Positions 59,278 through 64,000 of a stretch of 64,000 bases of DNA are shown here, in pieces (the first letter of the stretch is position 1; each line of letters begins with the position of its first letter). Position numbers and translations under genes: made by a program. The stretch comes from a virus (Duplodnaviria > Caudoviricetes). Below the pieces are notes generated by a model, which saw nothing but the letters and a program-made list of their open reading frames with translations, was not told where the DNA came from and ran no database searches. Location: positions 1 to 64,000 of IMG/VR virus record IMGVR_UViG_3300028591_000078; one strand, given 5' to 3'.

Positions 59278-60564
59278 TTATCTCTGCATTTTTGTCATAA
59301 GGTTGATAACCTTCTTATATGCACCATCGGATGCTTCTCTCTCAAGGTGAGAGAAAGATATAGTCTCATACATATCATCGCCAGTATCATAGATAAACTT
59401 AGCAGTTTCAAGAGACTCATCACAGATAGCAATACTCATGAAGTTATAAGAACCCATGATAGCATATGCTGTCTTAGGATTTTCAAGGTTTATATTTTCA
59501 TTCTTCTTCAGATATTCAACTACATCCTGAGATACAAGAAGAGTTGAAACTGCAGAAGCATCATTAGACATCTTCATAGCCTGTCTAATCTTAGACTTCT
59601 TAGAACGTCTTTCAAGAATTCTCCAGATCTTAGAAGTCTTAGACTTGCTAGAATAAGACATAGCATCAAGCTTAGCCTTATCTATAGCAAACATGAAATC
59701 TTTTACAAAAGAGATTTCATTAGTAGTTGCTCTGATAAACTTGTTGAGCCAGTTATTATCAGAAATCTTAGACTCAATCTTATTGATAATTTCTCTAGAG
59801 TCTATAGGATAAAGTTTAGCTTTAATACCTATAACTACATGAGAAACTACAGGAGTATCTATATCCTTAACCTTCTGGTTAAAGGTTACTACCATAAGAG
59901 TGGGCATAAGCTCATTCGCCTTCTTTATCTCAGAAGGAAGAATTTGTTTATTAAACATCTCGTAGGTATTCTTCTCAGTATCAGCAAAATCTTTTGCTGA
60001 TTTACTCATATCAGAGTTATCCTCATTACATACTACCATACCATTCTGATACTGAGCATAATCACCGATAGAATGCTCTGAAATAGAATCAGGGAGATAG
60101 TAGTTAGAATCTCTGAGCTGCTGAGCAATCTCATCAAATACTTCATGATCTATCTCAGCCATATCCATAGCTTCAAGAGCATTAGCCGTCTTTTCTATTG
60201 TATCAACGATATTTGTTATAGATATATCATTAGATCCGAAGTCTACATTTGTATGTATCTTCTTAATATAATCTATAGCATTATCGGAGCTCGATATTGA
60301 TATAGCAGAGAAAAGCATCTGCATCATAGCTACAGCCTTACGTTCAACCGCTTTAGCTATCATTGATGCATTCTCTATAGATATATCACTACTGCAAATT
60401 ACAGGAAATGTAAGAATCATATCCTTTGTAGCCGAAGCTGCAGATCTGAAACTCGTTGTAGATTTTCTGTTAAGTAAAAACTGTACTTCATCGTAGTCCT
60501 TTATATCTGTAAGGATATCTACTACATCACGAACTACAGTCTCATGAATTGCACGAGAATTCAT
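59278..60564 (-). CDS. Probable virion structural protein
   Basis: RBS aaaggagg; late-type promoter at 60589-60601. Confidence 0.6.
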   Translation of the reverse strand: MNSRAIHETVVRDVVDILTDIKDYDEVQFLLNRKSTTSFRSAASATKDMILTFPVICSSDISIENASMIAKAVERKAVAMMQMLFSAISISSSDNAIDYIKKIHTNVDFGSNDISITNIVDTIEKTANALEAMDMAEIDHEVFDEIAQQLRDSNYYLPDSISEHSIGDYAQYQNGMVVCNEDNSDMSKSAKDFADTEKNTYEMFNKQILPSEIKKANELMPTLMVVTFNQKVKDIDTPVVSHVVIGIKAKLYPIDSREIINKIESKISDNNWLNKFIRATTNEISFVKDFMFAIDKAKLDAMSYSSKSKTSKIWRILERRSKKSKIRQAMKMSNDASAVSTLLVSQDVVEYLKKNENINLENPKTAYAIMGSYNFMSIAICDESLETAKFIYDTGDDMYETISFSHLEREASDGAYKKVINLMTKMQR

Positions 60565-60638
60565 ATATTAACCTCCTTTAGTGGTATTTTAATCATATGT
60601 TGCCAAAAAATAAAGACCACCAGATTTAGACTTTATTT

Positions 60639-60971
60639 TTATTTTGAACTTACAGCATCAAGTAGTTGCTTAAATTGCTCTTCAGTAAGGGTTATATTAG
60701 TTATAGTAGCAGCATTCTGTGTAACAGAATTGGCATTGACTATATTGATATGATCAAACGGATTTGTTGGTTCGGAATTCTGTCCAAATGATGAGAAACC
60801 ATTGAATATCTTCTCAAGTCTTTCATCCTGTCTTCTTTCTCTTTCCAACTCTCGCTGTTTATCATATTCTCTAGCCTCTTCCATAGCTCTCTGTTCAGCT
60901 TTTGCATATGCTGCTATTCTTAAAGCCTCCTGATTAGGACCATTAAGTCCATAGTATCCTTTATTACTCAA
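60639..60971 (-). CDS. Small early protein (TTG start) with coiled coil
   Basis: RBS ggaggt; early-type motif at about 61054-61071. Confidence 0.65.
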   Translation of the reverse strand: MSNKGYYGLNGPNQEALRIAAYAKAEQRAMEEAREYDKQRELERERRQDERLEKIFNGFSSFGQNSEPTNPFDHINIVNANSVTQNAATITNITLTEEQFKQLLDAVSSK

Positions 60972-61144
60972 AGCTTACTACCTCCGATTATTAATGCATA
61001 TTTAATAAACTGTCACGTGGTCGGTTGTAAACTTCCTAAAGTGGTCTTTATTTCATACTAATAATATATATCTATAAATCCCATTAGAAGTCAATCTGAA
61101 AACATCATATTAATCTAAAATCCTCAAGAAAGGATGAATTATGA

Positions 61145-62959
61145 ATGGCTGCTGATATTGAAATAGTTTATAAACCTGGTATAAAATATACAAATATCTC
61201 AGGGTCAGATTTAAAAGTATATGAAGGCCCAAGTCCTATTTATAAAGAAATGAATGCCATCTTTAAGAAGAATGACTCCATGACTATAACTAGAGTAAAA
61301 GGTGATTATGCTTATATTCCTAGTATAGGCGGATGGGTTTGTATTCAGAAGAATGGGAATCATTATGCAAAAATGTATGATCCTAACTGGAAAGGACAGA
61401 TTGATCAGTATCTCACAGATTATACCTCACCGATAAATAATGTTGTAGGTGATAAAGAGGTTGAAATGACTGAAAGTACATTAGTACAACCTAGTGTAAC
61501 TATGGCTGAAGCAGAGAAAGCTTTGGCTGAGTCTAAAAAGAAGGCTGATCAAGAAAAAGATAGAAAAGATGAAGTTACTGGTGAAAAGACTGATGAAATT
61601 CCTTATCAAAGTTGGTCTAACCGTAACTGGGTTCCGCAAGATGAGTTATATGGAGATAATAGTAATAGCTCACCACAGACTTTTACTGGTCAGGCTAGAG
61701 AATCTATGCAAGAGTTACAGAGAATTTCTCAGCAAGATTTTATTATACAGCCTAACCTTAGAAAAGAAAAACGCTTTGGTATGTTTGATAGAGTAGGAAT
61801 TCTTGATCCTACTGCTAAGATTATATCTACCAAAGAATATGTATTCTTTACAAAACCAGATCTTAATATATTTAAGAATGCAGAAGGTACTGCCTTAAAT
61901 GATGGTAGAGATTATAATGGTACATATATGTATGATGGCCTGGCTAATATACCGATATTCAGAGATGCTTTTGTAAGATATAAAGATGTACTCGCTCAGT
62001 TACAGTTATCTGTACATCTCAAAAATTATATCTACAATTCACCTTTTATGAATCTGCTCAGTAATAATATAAAGTCTCCTATAGACTTACCAGCAATATC
62101 TGCTGAAGAGACTGCTACTTCAGCAAATGCTTATGGTACAGCTATCACATATAGAGATTCATCTGAGAAATCAGATGATGGATTTGAATTCAATGTAGAA
62201 TTCGAAGATACTAAGTATCTTGAGATCTATATGCTATTCAAACTCTATGATGAATATGAAAGAAAAAAGAAACTCGGTATAGTAGGACCTAAAGAAAAAT
62301 ATATAGTAAATAAGGTTATACATGATCAATTTTCTGTCTACAAGTTCTTAGTAGGAGAAGATGGTGAAAGTATAATCTATTTTGCTAAATTCTATGGAGT
62401 ATATCCTAAAGGCGTACCGAGAGATGTAATGAATGAAGTTGGCTCAGATGGTAAAGTAAGATTTACTGTACCATTCAAATGCCAGTTTATGGATGACCAG
62501 GATCCTCAGATACTTGCAGACTTTAATGCTCTTACTAATCCTAATGGAGATTTTAAAAGAGAAATGTCTATGCCTGCAATAGATCCTGAAACACAAATGG
62601 GTAATATTAGATTTGGTATGGTTCCATTTATTACTCAAGAGAAGATAGATGAAGATAAAGCAGATGTATGGGAAAGAGTTAATAGATATAAGCTTAGATG
62701 GATAGAAAATATTGAAGATACTTCTCAGCATAGATATTTTAATCCTGCAAGCTATACCAATAACTCTATATCTCTTACAAGAGAAGAACTCCAAGCCCAG
62801 CTTGATAGTGATGATATTCTCAGAGGACATCAGCAAGATGTATATGATATTATGAAGAGAGCTGGTATGCAGATTTCTAATCTTAATGGTACAATGAGCT
62901 CGTATCTAAACCTAGCTTATTCTGCAATAATAAACGGATTACCTTTTACAGGACGGTGA
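61145..62959 (+). CDS. Probable baseplate or tail protein with N-terminal SH3b-like domain
   Basis: LKVYEGPS...MTITRVKGDYAYIPSIGGWV is SH3b-like; late-type promoter at 61101. Confidence 0.55.
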   Translation: MAADIEIVYKPGIKYTNISGSDLKVYEGPSPIYKEMNAIFKKNDSMTITRVKGDYAYIPSIGGWVCIQKNGNHYAKMYDPNWKGQIDQYLTDYTSPINNVVGDKEVEMTESTLVQPSVTMAEAEKALAESKKKADQEKDRKDEVTGEKTDEIPYQSWSNRNWVPQDELYGDNSNSSPQTFTGQARESMQELQRISQQDFIIQPNLRKEKRFGMFDRVGILDPTAKIISTKEYVFFTKPDLNIFKNAEGTALNDGRDYNGTYMYDGLANIPIFRDAFVRYKDVLAQLQLSVHLKNYIYNSPFMNLLSNNIKSPIDLPAISAEETATSANAYGTAITYRDSSEKSDDGFEFNVEFEDTKYLEIYMLFKLYDEYERKKKLGIVGPKEKYIVNKVIHDQFSVYKFLVGEDGESIIYFAKFYGVYPKGVPRDVMNEVGSDGKVRFTVPFKCQFMDDQDPQILADFNALTNPNGDFKREMSMPAIDPETQMGNIRFGMVPFITQEKIDEDKADVWERVNRYKLRWIENIEDTSQHRYFNPASYTNNSISLTREELQAQLDSDDILRGHQQDVYDIMKRAGMQISNLNGTMSSYLNLAYSAIINGLPFTGR

Positions 62960-62966
62960 TATATAA

Positions 62967-64000
62967 ATGGCTACACTTAATGCTTCAGATGTATTTGAAT
63001 TAACCAAATATACAAATGATCTAGCCAAGCAGCACATGGATGATGTAACAGAAGAAACTTTATTCATGTCTACCTTTGGTATGATAGCAGATATATCTGC
63101 ACAGATGCTTCAGAATGCTGTAATAGTTTCTGGAGAATTATCTAATGAAGCTATTCCTACTAGAGCAAAGTTTGATAGAAATGTCATTACTCATGCACTC
63201 TCTGTAGGTATTAATGATATAAATGCAAAGCCTTCTATCATGAAGGTAATGATATTCTTCCCAGAGAAGATTCTTCTGGAGAATATGAAAGATGATGAAA
63301 TCATAATTGATAAGGATATTCCTATATATTATGGGGATTATGAATTCCATTTCGATTATGATATGAGAATCTATAGAACTTTCTTAGCTGACGGTAAGAG
63401 TTATGTATACTCTGCTAGATATATTATGGATACCCCTAATCCTGTATCAGAGATAACAAATCCTTACCTTCCTCCTATAGCTGTATTTAAACTTACCGAC
63501 CTTACAAGCTTTATAGGTATTATGTGCACTATAAGCCAGGTTGAGTATAGAGAAATACATACTAAGATTCTTACTGATAATCTGATAGAGAATAAGACAT
63601 TTACTTTTGACTATGATGGCCAGATGGCTGCATTCGATCTTATTATAGTAGACCCTAGAGATCCTGAATATCCTAAGCATCTTACTCCTGTATATGATGG
63701 ACTCTATGATGATAGTATAGATATGTATTGCTATTATAGCTTTGTAGATGCTAATACTATCAGAATCAAGTTCAATAAAGATGTATATGAGCCTATAGCA
63801 AACTCTGAGATTACAGTAAGGCTGTATACTACTCAAGGTGCTGGAGGTAACTTTACATACAAAGATGATGTAATGGTTACTATAAACTCTACACTTAGAT
63901 ATCCTTATAATGCTCTCTATATGCTTGTAAAGCAGAGAGGTGATAATGGTGCATTCTTTGGTGAAGATAGAGCTACAGTAACACAGCTTCAGAAGAAGAT
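62967..64000 (+). CDS. Baseplate wedge protein (T4 gp6-like); runs off the window end
   Basis: MATLNASDVFELTKY...SNEAIPTRAKFDRNVITHA..G and RLYTTQGAGGNF resemble gp6 motifs. Absent from the ORF track because there is no stop codon in the window. Confidence 0.65.
   Translation, partial: MATLNASDVFELTKYTNDLAKQHMDDVTEETLFMSTFGMIADISAQMLQNAVIVSGELSNEAIPTRAKFDRNVITHALSVGINDINAKPSIMKVMIFFPEKILLENMKDDEIIIDKDIPIYYGDYEFHFDYDMRIYRTFLADGKSYVYSARYIMDTPNPVSEITNPYLPPIAVFKLTDLTSFIGIMCTISQVEYREIHTKILTDNLIENKTFTFDYDGQMAAFDLIIVDPRDPEYPKHLTPVYDGLYDDSIDMYCYYSFVDANTIRIKFNKDVYEPIANSEITVRLYTTQGAGGNFTYKDDVMVTINSTLRYPYNALYMLVKQRGDNGAFFGEDRATVTQLQKK

Noticed and set aside
1-64000. Stop-codon reassignment, introns or inteins in the RNAP genes
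   Set aside because: Long ORFs tile the window under the standard code, and I saw no intein termini or interrupted RNAP motifs.
1-64000. Chimallin, PhuZ tubulin, tRNA genes or CRISPR arrays
   Set aside because: None is recognisable in this window, so a phage nucleus cannot be asserted from this sequence.

Overview
AT-rich, gene-dense segment of a jumbo (phiKZ/AR9-like) myophage genome, standard genetic code. Strong GGAGG ribosome-binding sites and the peptidoglycan hydrolases suggest a Firmicutes host. The window encodes both halves of a split RNA polymerase beta subunit (probably non-virion) and a large, probably virion, beta subunit. It also encodes NAD-dependent DNA ligase, an SbcC/Rad50 ATPase, ThyX, dCTP deaminase, a RusA-like resolvase, a 4215-aa tape-measure-like protein with C39, glucosaminidase-like and M23 domains, baseplate proteins and a family of paralogous head proteins. 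Two promoter classes are visible: early-type TATATTAT and late-type AACA-N6-TA. The most unusual signal is a short peptide motif, PFIH. It occurs 9 times exactly in 6 unrelated, apparently non-virion proteins, is written with different codons, sits in tails or insertions, and is absent from the virion proteins; it is a candidate shared docking or localisation tag. Other notable signals are repeated early cassettes with structured leaders and tiny ORFs, enzyme cargo domains fused into virion proteins between putative protease sites, and a naturally split head-protein gene. All assignments come from reading motifs by eye; no searches were run.
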